A stretch of DNA of 64,000 nucleotides from Planctomycetota bacterium (GTDB lineage: Bacteria > Planctomycetota > UBA1135 > GCA-002686595), in NCBI GenBank assembly GCA_002686265.1, contig NZBA01000042.1, positions 10,363-74,362 of the forward strand, read 5' to 3'. A program made the position numbers and the translations under genes. Below are positions 10,077 through 19,446 of this stretch, piece after piece; the first letter of the stretch is position 1; the number at the start of each line of letters is the position of its first letter. The notes beneath the pieces were generated by a model. It made no database searches. It was not told where the DNA came from and saw nothing but the letters and a program-made list of their open reading frames with translations.

Positions 10077-10330
10077 GGCGATGGGGTGTGCGGAGGGGGG
10101 CGGGGGAACGCGCCGTCATTATGCTCCGCCAATCGCAGCCTGGAGCGGACCGTTCCAGGGCGATCCGCGGGGACTACCGGGCGCAATCCACCGCTCGCTC
10201 GGCCCGCCCCCCGCCTCGTTTGCAGGGCCCACTCCTGCCAGGAGATCCGATTCCCTCCCTGGTCAGGTGGGAGTTCACTATCCTGGAGCGGGACGTACAG
10301 ACGGAACGAGACTCCAACCCACCCATCGAC

Positions 10331-11167
10331 ATGCAACCCTCTTCACGCCGGCTCCTCGCCGGTCTGCTTCTTCCGCTCCTCTCCCCTCTTGCTGCTTCCG
10401 ACATCGTCGAAGTCTGGCAGCAAGGAATGGGTTTCAACTCCAACGACCTGACCATCAACGTCGGCGATACGGTGCGTTGGGTCTGGACGAGTGACTTCCA
10501 CACGGTCACCGAGGGGACCGACGCGAACCTCGACGGGAGCGAAGCGTTTCACTCGCTGCTGTCCTCGGGGAACCAGGTCGTCGAAGTCACCTTCGACGCG
10601 GCGTTTCTTGCGCAGTGGCCGCGACCCGGTAACCGCTACGACTACGTGTGCATCCCGCACATCACCAATGGGATGGTTGGCGTGATTACCGTGGAGGACG
10701 GGCCGGGCGCGACGTTCTGCTATTGCGACGGTACCGGCGCCGCCCCGCCTTGCGGGAACTACGGCCAGGGGGGCGCGGGTTGCAGGAACTCGACTTTCAT
10801 GTACGGGGCCATCCTGTTCTCGAACGGCTCGAGCAGCGCATCGGTCGATGACCTCGGCTTCCAGGCCGTGCACGTGATCCCGAGCCAGCCCGCGTTGCTC
10901 TTTGCCGGGACTACCGCACTCAACGGTGGGAACGGGGTGCCGTTTGGCGACGGCCTGCGCTGCGCCGGGGGCACGGTCGTGCGCCTTGGCGTTCAGGTTC
11001 CCAACACCGCCGGCGTCGCGAACTGGGGCGCGGGGCTGGGCGCTACCGGTGGCTGGTCCTCGGGAGACACGCGCATGTTCCAGGTCTGGTATCGGGACCC
11101 CAGCGGCGGCTGGTGTGGAAGCGGATTCAACTTGACCACCGGGAATCAGGTCACGTTTACCCCCTGA
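10331..11167 (+). CDS. Secreted type-1 (blue) copper protein with C-terminal six-Cys module
   Basis: Start at MQPSSRRLLAGLLLPLLSPLAAS (signal peptide, ATG 10331). Plastocyanin-type ligands FHTV ... YVCIPHITNGM (C-x2-H-x4-M). The C-terminal 150 aa carry the FGDGLRCAGG / WYRDP / FNLT module shared with three other genes. Confidence 0.75.
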   Translation: MQPSSRRLLAGLLLPLLSPLAASDIVEVWQQGMGFNSNDLTINVGDTVRWVWTSDFHTVTEGTDANLDGSEAFHSLLSSGNQVVEVTFDAAFLAQWPRPGNRYDYVCIPHITNGMVGVITVEDGPGATFCYCDGTGAAPPCGNYGQGGAGCRNSTFMYGAILFSNGSSSASVDDLGFQAVHVIPSQPALLFAGTTALNGGNGVPFGDGLRCAGGTVVRLGVQVPNTAGVANWGAGLGATGGWSSGDTRMFQVWYRDPSGGWCGSGFNLTTGNQVTFTP

Positions 11168-11206
11168 GCGCCCACTCCGGGCTTGCCGCCGGGAACGGGC
11201 GGTCGG

Positions 11207-11238
11207 GGCGGGCGCCCGAACGGAGCGGGGCGCCCGCC
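11207..11238. terminator. Perfect 11-bp inverted repeat between convergent genes (candidate bidirectional terminator)
   Basis: GGCGGGCGCCC, then a 10-nt loop, then GGGCGCCCGCC. It lies between the stop at 11167 (+) and the stop at 11259 (-). No U-tract, so function is inferred from position only. Confidence 0.4.
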
Positions 11239-11258
11239 GCTGATCTCGGTGTGTTCGA

Positions 11259-12464
11259 CTAGAAGTCGATCTGTACGCCGCTCGACAGGTTGAACGTAGC
11301 CCCGCAGGGAGAGAGCGCGGGGTCGCGGTACCAACCCTGGTAGTAGCGGGTTTCACCGGGAGCGCCGCCGCCACCGTTGCCCTGGATCGTGCCGGAGAGG
11401 TTCGTATCCCCGTTGGAGTCCATCACCTCGACGTTGAGTCGGACCACCGAGCCCCCCGCACAGCGCAGGCCGTCACCGAACACGATGCCGGCGCCACCAT
11501 TGACGGCGTTGACGCCCTGGAAGAACAGCATCGGCTGGTTGGGCGTGCCCTGGGTGAAGGCGAGGCCGGACGCGGCTACCGTTCCGGTGGCCTCGAGGTG
11601 TGCACCGCCCGCGAAGGTCCCGTTACCGCAGCCATTCCCGGCCGCTCCCGTGTTTCCGCAGGGACAGGTCGTGCCGGTGCCGTCGCCGAAGCAGTAGGTC
11701 GTCCCGATCGCGGGCCCGGCCTCCACCTTGATGGCGATCTCCATCTCGGCGTTCAGGGAGGTCGTGTTCTCGAGGACGTTGCCCGCGCCGGTCGCGAGAT
11801 CGAAGGTGGCGAAGACGCCCGTCCCGCCGCCCGTGTAGATCGTCGCGTAGAGCGTGTCGTCCGACCAGTCGAAGTCCATGCCTTGAGCGAAGTTCGCTGC
11901 GTGGCCCGTGGGTCCGATCAGCGTCCCGCCGCCCGAGGCCGGATCGATCGACAGGAGCGAGTCGATCGAGATGCTGTGGCCGTACAGGTTGCCCAGGCTG
12001 TCGCACGCGATGTCGATGATGATCCCGGTCCAGATGGGCCCGACCAGCGTGAAGGTGCCGGTCGTGATGTCGCCCGCGTAGAGCTGGGAGATCCCGACCG
12101 CGGCGTCGTACTCGCAGACATACCAGGTTGAGCCGTCGGGGGACGCCGTCAGACCGGTCACGGCTGCTGCCGGGCCGCTGGTGAGCCCGAGGGAAGTGAA
12201 GACGCCGGTCGTGAGGTCGAACGTGCCGTAGTTCAGCGTAGCGTAGTCGATACCCCAGAGCGTCGTCGCCGTGGCGTCGAAGTCGATGGCGTAGATCGGG
12301 TCCTGATTCGTTGCGATTTGGGTGTAGTTCCCGACGAAGCTGGCCGTGTCGGACGTGAAGAAGAAGCTGGTCCGCACGTCGAGGCCGTAGATCGTTGACT
12401 GTGCCCGCGCGCTCGTTGCGGCGAGAGCAAGGGTTGCGATGGACAGGAGGAAGAAACGGTTCAT
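11259..12464 (-). CDS. Secreted repeat (propeller-like, possibly DUF4394-like) protein with C-terminal six-Cys module
   Basis: Start at MNRFFLLSIATLALAATSARAQ (ATG 12464) preceded by AGGGAG. The N-terminal part has repeated IYGLD / LWGIDY / LYGHS strands. The C-terminus has CFGDGTGTTCPCGN ... FGDGLRCAGG ... WYRDP ... FNLSSG. Confidence 0.7.
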   Translation of the reverse strand: MNRFFLLSIATLALAATSARAQSTIYGLDVRTSFFFTSDTASFVGNYTQIATNQDPIYAIDFDATATTLWGIDYATLNYGTFDLTTGVFTSLGLTSGPAAAVTGLTASPDGSTWYVCEYDAAVGISQLYAGDITTGTFTLVGPIWTGIIIDIACDSLGNLYGHSISIDSLLSIDPASGGGTLIGPTGHAANFAQGMDFDWSDDTLYATIYTGGGTGVFATFDLATGAGNVLENTTSLNAEMEIAIKVEAGPAIGTTYCFGDGTGTTCPCGNTGAAGNGCGNGTFAGGAHLEATGTVAASGLAFTQGTPNQPMLFFQGVNAVNGGAGIVFGDGLRCAGGSVVRLNVEVMDSNGDTNLSGTIQGNGGGGAPGETRYYQGWYRDPALSPCGATFNLSSGVQIDF

Positions 12465-12715
12465 GATCAACTCCCTTGGGGTCTCGTTGGGACAGTGGTT
12501 TCGGCCGCCCTGGGTGCAGGGTGTGTTATTGTCCTGTGCCTCGTTCATTCTGACAACCCGGCTCCGACGCCGGGGCCGCGGAGTGCGCTGGGAGAGCCAC
12601 GGTGGGCATGGGCTGCCTCGTGGGGATAGCCGGGGCTGGAGCACCTGCGGCGCCTGGAGCCGCCAGCGGTTATCCTGCGCCCGCCGCCCCACCCCCGCGA
12701 CCTAGATCCCAGACG

Positions 12716-13690
12716 ATGAAGACTCTCGACACGGTCCTGCTCCTGGCCTTGCCCGCTTCCGGAAAGTCGGAGGTGCGGCGCTATCTCGCGAGCCTCTCCG
12801 AAGCGGAGTGCCGCGGTTCCTTCGGCCTCGGGCCCACCGTCCAACTCGACGACTTCCCCTACGTCCACTTCATGCGTCGCGTGGACGGCGTGCTCGAGGA
12901 GGCAGGACAGGCGAGGCTCTTCTACGACTCCGACCAGAGCTCATTCAGCGACTCGCGTGACTGGGGCACTCTGATCGAGTTGATCAACCAGGATCGTGCC
13001 AGCTTGACCTCGGTCCGCGCTCCCGCTCCCACCGCCGCCGCCGAGCACCTCTTCGAGCGCATCGACGAGGCGGCCGGTCGATTGGGAATCGAGGCTCGGA
13101 TCGCCGGCCTTTCCGACGAGGTGCGCTCCGCGGCCGCCGCAGCCCTCGAGGGCGAGGCACGCGAGTTCCTCGGCGAGCTGGAAGCGGCGCGTGTCGAAGA
13201 CCTCTCGGACAAGACGATCGTCGTCGAGTTCGCCCGCGGGGGCCCGCAGGGTGCCGACATGCCCCTGCCCGCGCCGCTCGGCTATCGACACTCCCTGGCG
13301 TGCCTCTCCGACGAGCTCCTCGAGAGCGCCGTCATCCTCTATGTCTGGGTGACCCCCGAGGAGTCGCGGCGGCGTAACGACGCGCGGACCGACCCCGACG
13401 ATCCGGGCTCGATCCTGCACCACGGTGTCCCGCTGCAGGTGATGCTTGGCGACTACGGCACCGACGACATGGGCTGGCTGGAGGAGACCTCCGGGCGCGA
13501 GTGCTGTGTGACCGTCGAAACGCGCGGCCGGCGCTTCCACCTGCCCGTGGCGCGCTTCGACAACCGCGAGGACAAGACCTCCTTTCTGCGCGATGACCCG
13601 GCCGCTTGGGAGCTGGCGGCCGTGGCCGCCGTCCACGAGGGCTTGCGGGACGCCATCGAGCGCGCGCGTACCGCAGCGGGCGTTAGCTAG
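12716..13690 (+). CDS. P-loop kinase-like hypothetical protein
   Basis: Start at MKTLDTVLLLALPASGKSE (Walker-A-like xLPASGKS). The rest has no motif I can name. The upstream part of the ORF is Ala/Pro-rich and unlikely to be coding. Confidence 0.55.
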   Translation: MKTLDTVLLLALPASGKSEVRRYLASLSEAECRGSFGLGPTVQLDDFPYVHFMRRVDGVLEEAGQARLFYDSDQSSFSDSRDWGTLIELINQDRASLTSVRAPAPTAAAEHLFERIDEAAGRLGIEARIAGLSDEVRSAAAAALEGEAREFLGELEAARVEDLSDKTIVVEFARGGPQGADMPLPAPLGYRHSLACLSDELLESAVILYVWVTPEESRRRNDARTDPDDPGSILHHGVPLQVMLGDYGTDDMGWLEETSGRECCVTVETRGRRFHLPVARFDNREDKTSFLRDDPAAWELAAVAAVHEGLRDAIERARTAAGVS

Positions 13691-13794
13691 CCCGCTCTCC
13701 TCACGGGGTTCCACGCCGGAACGCACGAAGGGCCGGCTCCGCCGGCCTTCCGCCAACGGGAGGCGCTTCGGTGCTCGGGCGCGGAGCCGAAGCG

Positions 13795-14709
13795 CTAGTC
13801 CTCGTCGGGCGCGGTCTCGGCTTCGACGAAGATGCGCTGCACTTCGGGCAGCGCCGCCTTGATCTCCGCATCGATCGTCGCAACGGCCACCTCGATGGTC
13901 TCGGTTGACTGGCCGTCGCGGAACTCCACGCTCAGGTTGACCAGGATGAAGTCCGGTCCCATGTGCATGGTCAGCACTTCATTGAGCCGCAGGACGCCCG
14001 GTCGACGCATCGCGATGCGACCGATCTCCGCGCGCACGCGTTCGTCGGCGGCCTCGCCGATCAAGAGGCCCTTGGTCTCGTAGGCCAACCAGACGGCTGT
14101 CCCGGCCAGGATCAGGCCGATCACGACCGCGGCCGCGCCGTCGAGCCACGCCAGCCCCGTGGCGCGGCTGAGGGCGATCCCGGCGAAGGCCACGAGCAGG
14201 CCGAGCATGGCGGCCGAGTCCTCGAAGAGGACGACGAAGAGCGAGGGGTCCTTGCCGCGGCGCACGGCCTCGAAGACCCCCAACGAACCTCGAGCTCGCG
14301 AGAACTCGCGCCAGGCGAAGAACCAGGCGGCACCCTCGAAGAGGAACGCGAGGCCTAGGACGACGTAGCTGACGGTCGGGTCATCGATCGGGCTCGGGTG
14401 GAGGATGTGCGAGACACCCTCGTAGATGGAGACGCCCGCACCCACGGCGAAGACCGAGAGCGCCACCACGAAGCTCCAGAAGTAGATCTCCTTGCCGTGG
14501 CCGAAGGGGAACTCCTCGTCGGGAGGGCGGCGCGCACATCGCAGGCCGTGGAGGAGCAGAAGCTGATTGCCCGTGTCGACGACCGAGTGCACCGCCTCGG
14601 ACAGCATGGCCGACGAGCCGGTCATCGACGCCGCAACGAACTTGATCACGGCGATAGCCGAGTTCCCTAGCAGCGCTGCGTAGATGACTCTCTTGGGACC
14701 TGATGCCAC
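13795..14709 (-). CDS. Cation diffusion facilitator (CDF) family metal efflux transporter
   Basis: AALLGNSAIAVIKFVAASMTGSSAMLSEAVHSVVDTGNQ and FPFGHGKEIYFWSF are classic CDF TM1-TM3 motifs, followed by a C-terminal cytoplasmic domain. The GTG start at 14709 was chosen because AAGGAG lies 8 nt upstream. The start is uncertain (the ORF extends to 14844). Confidence 0.85.
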   Translation of the reverse strand: MASGPKRVIYAALLGNSAIAVIKFVAASMTGSSAMLSEAVHSVVDTGNQLLLLHGLRCARRPPDEEFPFGHGKEIYFWSFVVALSVFAVGAGVSIYEGVSHILHPSPIDDPTVSYVVLGLAFLFEGAAWFFAWREFSRARGSLGVFEAVRRGKDPSLFVVLFEDSAAMLGLLVAFAGIALSRATGLAWLDGAAAVVIGLILAGTAVWLAYETKGLLIGEAADERVRAEIGRIAMRRPGVLRLNEVLTMHMGPDFILVNLSVEFRDGQSTETIEVAVATIDAEIKAALPEVQRIFVEAETAPDED

Positions 14710-14951
14710 CGGGTGTGCTCCTTTTCTTCTCGCCAGGCTCACCGAGAGCTCTCCGGGGCTGTGAGGGAGGTTACCGTAGCGATCAGGTGGCCTCTCCCGC
14801 AGCCCCCAGGTGCGAAACCCCTTCGCCGGCCGTGCCGGGGGCACGAGCAGGCCTCTACCCAGAAGACACGCCGGCAGGTACGAAACCTGGCGAAGCGCCA
14901 GCAGGCGGGAGTCTCGACTAACGTGGTTCCCTGCCTTGAAAGGAGCTTGCC

Positions 14952-15419
14952 ATGAGCGAGACGGAACGATTCCTGGAGCGACCCTGCACCGCGACCACCT
15001 CCGAGAGCGCGCGGGAAGCCGCCCAACGGATGCGAGACACGCACGTCGGCTCCCTCGTGGTCGTCGACGGCGACGATCGGCCCTTGGGCGTCGTGACCGA
15101 CCGCGACATCGCGCTGCACGTACTGCCGACCGGCCTCGACGGCGCCCGGTGCTCGGTCGGAGACTGCATGAGCGGGCCCGCGATCACCTTGAACAGCAAC
15201 GCATCGCTCTGTGAAGCCTCGCGCCTCATGCGCACCAGCGGCGTTCGGCGGCTCCCGATCATTGACGGGGAGGGGAAACTGGTCGGAATCGTCACTGCCG
15301 ACGACTTGGTCGCGATGATCGCAAGGCAGGTGCAGCAGCTTCCCGCAGCCGTGTTCCGCGGCTTCGAGAACGAGCTCGTCGGAGAGCCCCCGGGTAGCGT
15401 CGTCTTCGGACGCGAGTGA
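14952..15419 (+). CDS. CBS domain pair protein
   Basis: ATG preceded by GAAAGGAG. Two CBS motifs are present (GSLVVVDGDDRPLGVVTDRDI and RRLPIIDGEGKLVGIVTADDL). Confidence 0.85.
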   Translation: MSETERFLERPCTATTSESAREAAQRMRDTHVGSLVVVDGDDRPLGVVTDRDIALHVLPTGLDGARCSVGDCMSGPAITLNSNASLCEASRLMRTSGVRRLPIIDGEGKLVGIVTADDLVAMIARQVQQLPAAVFRGFENELVGEPPGSVVFGRE

Positions 15420-15430
15420 AGGGAAACGCG

Positions 15431-16009
15431 ATGATCACGCCCCACATCAGCAGGAATGTCGCGACAGTTTCATCGGACGAGTGCGTCTGCACAGCCGCCG
15501 TCAGACTGCGTGACGAGGGAGTCGGATGCCTCGTCGTGCTCGACGACGACGGCGAAGTGACCGGCATGCTGACCGACCGCGACCTGGCCCTGAGGGTGGT
15601 CGCCGCCGATCGAGACCCGAATCACGTGCGGGTGGCGGACGCGAAGACCTCGCCCCCGGTCGTCATCTCCGAGGACGCCGACCTCGACGATGTCATTGCG
15701 CTCATGCGCGCCCGCGGCATCCGGCGCATCCCGATCTGTGAGGACGGCAAGCCCGTGGGCCTCGTCGCCCTAGACGACGCCCCGCGAACCCTCGCGGGAG
15801 AGGTGAGGGATCTGGGCCGTGGGGCCGGCACCAAGGTCCGCAAGGCTCGCCGCCGGGCGCGCTACGAGCGCGTTCGGCACGAGGCCGAGGAGCTGCTGGA
15901 GGAGATGTACCGCCGCCTCGCACTCGGAAACTGGTATGCGCGCGAGGCGTTTCTGGACCGCCTGGATGAGGTGCGCGACCGGTTGCGCATCAGCTCGAGC
16001 GAAGACTGA
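15431..16009 (+). CDS. CBS domain pair protein with C-terminal helical extension
   Basis: GCLVVLDDDGEVTGMLTDRDL and RRIPICEDGKPVGLVALDD. I chose ATG 15431. A GTG at 15416 overlapping the upstream stop is the alternative. Confidence 0.8.
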   Translation: MITPHISRNVATVSSDECVCTAAVRLRDEGVGCLVVLDDDGEVTGMLTDRDLALRVVAADRDPNHVRVADAKTSPPVVISEDADLDDVIALMRARGIRRIPICEDGKPVGLVALDDAPRTLAGEVRDLGRGAGTKVRKARRRARYERVRHEAEELLEEMYRRLALGNWYAREAFLDRLDEVRDRLRISSSED

Positions 16010-16021
16010 ACCACCGCCGGC

Positions 16022-16762
16022 TCAGCCTCGATCGAGAGACCACTGGTCGAGGAGGATCGAGCAGTCGCGGGCCTCGATGGCGAGGGCCGCCGACGCGTCA
16101 GAGGAGAGTTGGATGTCCCGCAGGGTCCAGCCGGCTGCGGCCTCACGGTCACCGCGGATCGAGAGCAGCGCGGCGTCCTCCGGCGCTGTACGGACTTCGA
16201 ACTCGTGGAGGGGGAAGGACAAGCCGTCGCCGACCGCCTTGATGAACGCCTCCTTTCGCGTCCAGCAGTCGAAGAATGCGCGCTCGCGCTCGCAGGAGGC
16301 CATGGCCTGGATCGAGCTCCGCTCGCCGGTCGCGAAGTAGTGCTCCATGAGGTCCTCGGTCGCCCGCCGCGGATCGTGGAGCTCGATGTCCACTCCGACC
16401 TCCCCCGCCGCGGCGATCGCCAACAGCGCGCGATCACCGGAGTGGGAGAGGTTGAACCACGGCCCCGTGGAACTGTACTCGGGCAGGAACGGTTTGCCGT
16501 GGGGACCGGGCTCGAACGACAGGCTCGCCGGGTCGCGTCCGAGCGTGTGTCCGAGGATCGAGCGCAGGGCACCGCGTCCCATGGTCCAGCGCACGCGGTG
16601 GATCTCGAATACGAAGCGCGCGGCCCGATCGCGCTCCTCGGGCGTGAGGAGCGCGCGCATCGCCTCGAGCTCGCCTGGCTCGGGTCGCAGGTCCGCGCGC
16701 CACACGCGCACTTCACCGCCGGCGGGCGGTGGCAGGCGAGGGTGCGAAGGGGAGGGGGACAT
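16022..16762 (-). CDS. 4'-phosphopantetheinyl transferase (Sfp-type)
   Basis: VWRADL ... EERDRAARF ... GKPFL ... FNLSHSGDRALLA ... GVDIE ... CWTRKEAFIKAVGDG match the PPTase superfamily motifs. Start at MSPSPS (ATG 16762). Confidence 0.85.
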   Translation of the reverse strand: MSPSPSHPRLPPPAGGEVRVWRADLRPEPGELEAMRALLTPEERDRAARFVFEIHRVRWTMGRGALRSILGHTLGRDPASLSFEPGPHGKPFLPEYSSTGPWFNLSHSGDRALLAIAAAGEVGVDIELHDPRRATEDLMEHYFATGERSSIQAMASCERERAFFDCWTRKEAFIKAVGDGLSFPLHEFEVRTAPEDAALLSIRGDREAAAGWTLRDIQLSSDASAALAIEARDCSILLDQWSLDRG

Positions 16763-16853
16763 GGAGACGAGACGATGCCTGCGGCGGTAGCCGGGATCCA
16801 CAATCATGCCATTCCGTGATCGTGCCGGCTCCCGCGGAGGAATCCCGGCTACC

Positions 16854-18578
16854 ATGCGCGTGTTCTTCCGGCCGCCTGAAGGCGCTGGCGATCCGCGGAT
16901 ACGTGAGCAGGCTCCGATTGTGAACATCCCCCGGCTGCGCGGCAGCTCCCTCGCCCTCCTGCGGGCCCTGGCGTCGACGGGCGCCGGGGCACGTTTTCTC
17001 TTGTCCCGGATGGGGCGCGTGTACGGTCTTCCCGAGTTGCGTGGCCTGCCGAGAGAGGCACGCGCCGACCTCGACCTCGCGCCGCGGCCGATCGCCGGCG
17101 CGCCCGCGCGCCGCTGGGAGGATGCGGGCCTGGCGGAAGAGGCCGCCGCGCGTGGCGCGGGGAGCAGGCTGCGGCGGGCCTTTGCCTCGGGCGCTCACTC
17201 TCCGGTCGAGATCCTGGAGCGGGTCGCCACGCGCGTGGAGGCGGAGGACTTCGGCTTGGCGCTGCACAGCCCCTTCATCTGCTGCGACTGGGAGCGGGCC
17301 CGCGTGGCGGCGCGCGAGAGCGAGGCCCGCTACCGCTCCGGCTCTCCGCTCTCGTCCCTCGACGGCCTCCCCTTGCCGATCAAGGACGAGCACGACATGG
17401 AGGGGTTGGTGACCGGCGCGGGGACCGCATACCGCAAGGTGCCGGCGGAGACCGACAGCACCCTGGTCCGGCGCCTGCGAGCGGGCGGGGCGCTGCTCTT
17501 CGCCAAGACACACGCCACCGAGTGGGGGATGAACCCTTGGGGGATGAACCCGCACCACGACATGCCGCGCAACGTGTACGACTCGGAGCGCGGTGCGGGC
17601 GGCTCCTCCACGGGAGCGGGTGTTGCGGTCTCGCTCGGGCTTGCACCGATTGCCGCGGGCTCCGATGGTGGCGGCTCGATTCGTATCCCCAGCTGCTTCA
17701 GTGGGGTCTTCGGGTTGAAGCCGACCTTCGGGCGGGTCGGGCGCGGCGGGAGCGCATTCGGGCGTGGGTCCGTCAGCCACATCGGTCCCCTCGGACCGTC
17801 GACGGCCGATCTCGTGGACTTCCTCGACCACACGGCCGGGCAGCCGGACCTCGCCGACCCGCCGACCGCCTACGCGGACGATGGTGATGAAGCGCCGGCG
17901 GCCTGGCGCGCCGCCCTGGGGCGCGGCGTGCGCGGTTGTCGCATCGGGGTGCCGCGCACCGAGTTCGCGGCGGCCACCGAACCGATCCAACGCGCCTGCC
18001 ACGCGGCCCTGGCGGCGCTCGAGGCCGAGGGCGCCGCGCTGGTCGAGTTGGATTTGCCCCTGGCCGACCAGGCCCTGGCCGTGGGGGTGTTGAGCATCGG
18101 CATCGAGTGCATGGGCGCCCTACGCGACGATCTCGTCCGGTTCGGCGCGCGCATGAGCGATGACCTACGTCTCTCGATGCGCTTGATGGAGCAGCTCCCT
18201 TCGCGCGACTACCTGGGCGCCTGTCGGACGAGGGCAGCCCTGCGACGCGGCGTGGCCTGCGCCATCGCTGGCGTGGATGTCTTGGCCTTTCCGACGACGG
18301 CGATCCAGCCGCCCGTCTATCTGGCCGAAGAGGCTGGCGTGGCCGCGGCGGATGCTTCGGCCGTCGCCGGAGCTTGCCGCTTGGCATTCCTTGCCAACCT
18401 GACCGGCCTTCCCGCGGGCTCCGTGCCCGTCGCGGTCAGCGGCGGCCTGCCGGTCGGGCTGCAGATCATGGGGGACGCTTGGGATGAAGCCAGCGTCCTG
18501 GCCGTCATGGCCCACCTCGAGCGCATCGAGGTCAGCGCGATTCCATCGCCTCCCGCACGGGGCGAACTGGCGGGATGA
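16854..18578 (+). CDS. Amidase (amidase-signature family)
   Basis: The AS signature GGSSTGAGVAVSLGLAPIAAGSDGGGSIRIPSCFSGVFGLKPTFGRV is present. The start is uncertain (16806 or 16854). Confidence 0.85.
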   Translation: MRVFFRPPEGAGDPRIREQAPIVNIPRLRGSSLALLRALASTGAGARFLLSRMGRVYGLPELRGLPREARADLDLAPRPIAGAPARRWEDAGLAEEAAARGAGSRLRRAFASGAHSPVEILERVATRVEAEDFGLALHSPFICCDWERARVAARESEARYRSGSPLSSLDGLPLPIKDEHDMEGLVTGAGTAYRKVPAETDSTLVRRLRAGGALLFAKTHATEWGMNPWGMNPHHDMPRNVYDSERGAGGSSTGAGVAVSLGLAPIAAGSDGGGSIRIPSCFSGVFGLKPTFGRVGRGGSAFGRGSVSHIGPLGPSTADLVDFLDHTAGQPDLADPPTAYADDGDEAPAAWRAALGRGVRGCRIGVPRTEFAAATEPIQRACHAALAALEAEGAALVELDLPLADQALAVGVLSIGIECMGALRDDLVRFGARMSDDLRLSMRLMEQLPSRDYLGACRTRAALRRGVACAIAGVDVLAFPTTAIQPPVYLAEEAGVAAADASAVAGACRLAFLANLTGLPAGSVPVAVSGGLPVGLQIMGDAWDEASVLAVMAHLERIEVSAIPSPPARGELAG

Positions 18579-18619
18579 CGCTCGAACGCCGCTCTCCTCG
18601 GCAGATAGGCCGGTGGAGG

Positions 18620-18886
18620 TCAGCGGCGATCTCGCCGCTCGCCTTCTTCATCCCCGTCCTGTTCCTGCTCCTGCTCCTCCACTTCCTCTTCCTCACCCGT
18701 CCAGCGCAGGCCTTCGTCGTCATCCCCGTCGAGACTCAGGCCTTCGTCGGGAACGTCCCCGTCTTCTTCCTTCTCGCGTTTCTTCTCGGCGCTGCGCTCG
18801 TAGCGCCGCTCGAGCTTCTCCTTGCGCTTCATCTGCTTGCGCCGCTCGCGCTGGCGCTTCTCGAAGGACTGGGGGGACTTCGCCAA
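18620..18886 (-). CDS. Small (88 aa) bipartite charged protein: basic N-half, acidic C-half
   Basis: TTG start 7 nt after GAGG. Third-position GC bias is consistent with coding. The sequence runs KRQRERRKQMKRKEKLERRYERSAEKKREKEE, then DGDVPDEGLSLDGDDDEG...EEEEVEEQEQEQDGDEEGE. I recognise no homology. Confidence 0.35.
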   Translation of the reverse strand: MAKSPQSFEKRQRERRKQMKRKEKLERRYERSAEKKREKEEDGDVPDEGLSLDGDDDEGLRWTGEEEEVEEQEQEQDGDEEGERRDRR

Positions 18887-19000
18887 TGGGCTACCTCGGG
18901 ATGAAGTGGGGAAAACGGACTGGGGGGCCGAACGCGTGAGCGACCGGCCCCCCGTTGAACCGGTGAGGCGAGCCGCTCGCGAGCGGCTCGCCGTGCGACT

Positions 19001-19327
<327 letters not shown>

Positions 19328-19446
19328 CTGTCTGATCGATCTTTGGAAAAAGTGCTCGTCTGACAGCATCCCGAAGGATCCATGAGGGATCGGAGCGGGG
19401 CACAAGCAAGCGGAGAAGAGAGAACTACCGCCTCCGGGTGACCTGT

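Noticed and set aside
14710-14951. Possible metal-sensing riboswitch upstream of the CDF transporter
   Set aside because: The leader contains hairpins (for example CUGGCG-CUU-CGCCAG and GUGCC-CCC-GGCAC). I cannot match them to the NiCo or yybP-ykoY consensus from memory, and such stems arise by chance in GC-rich DNA. A covariance-model search (Rfam/Infernal) is needed.
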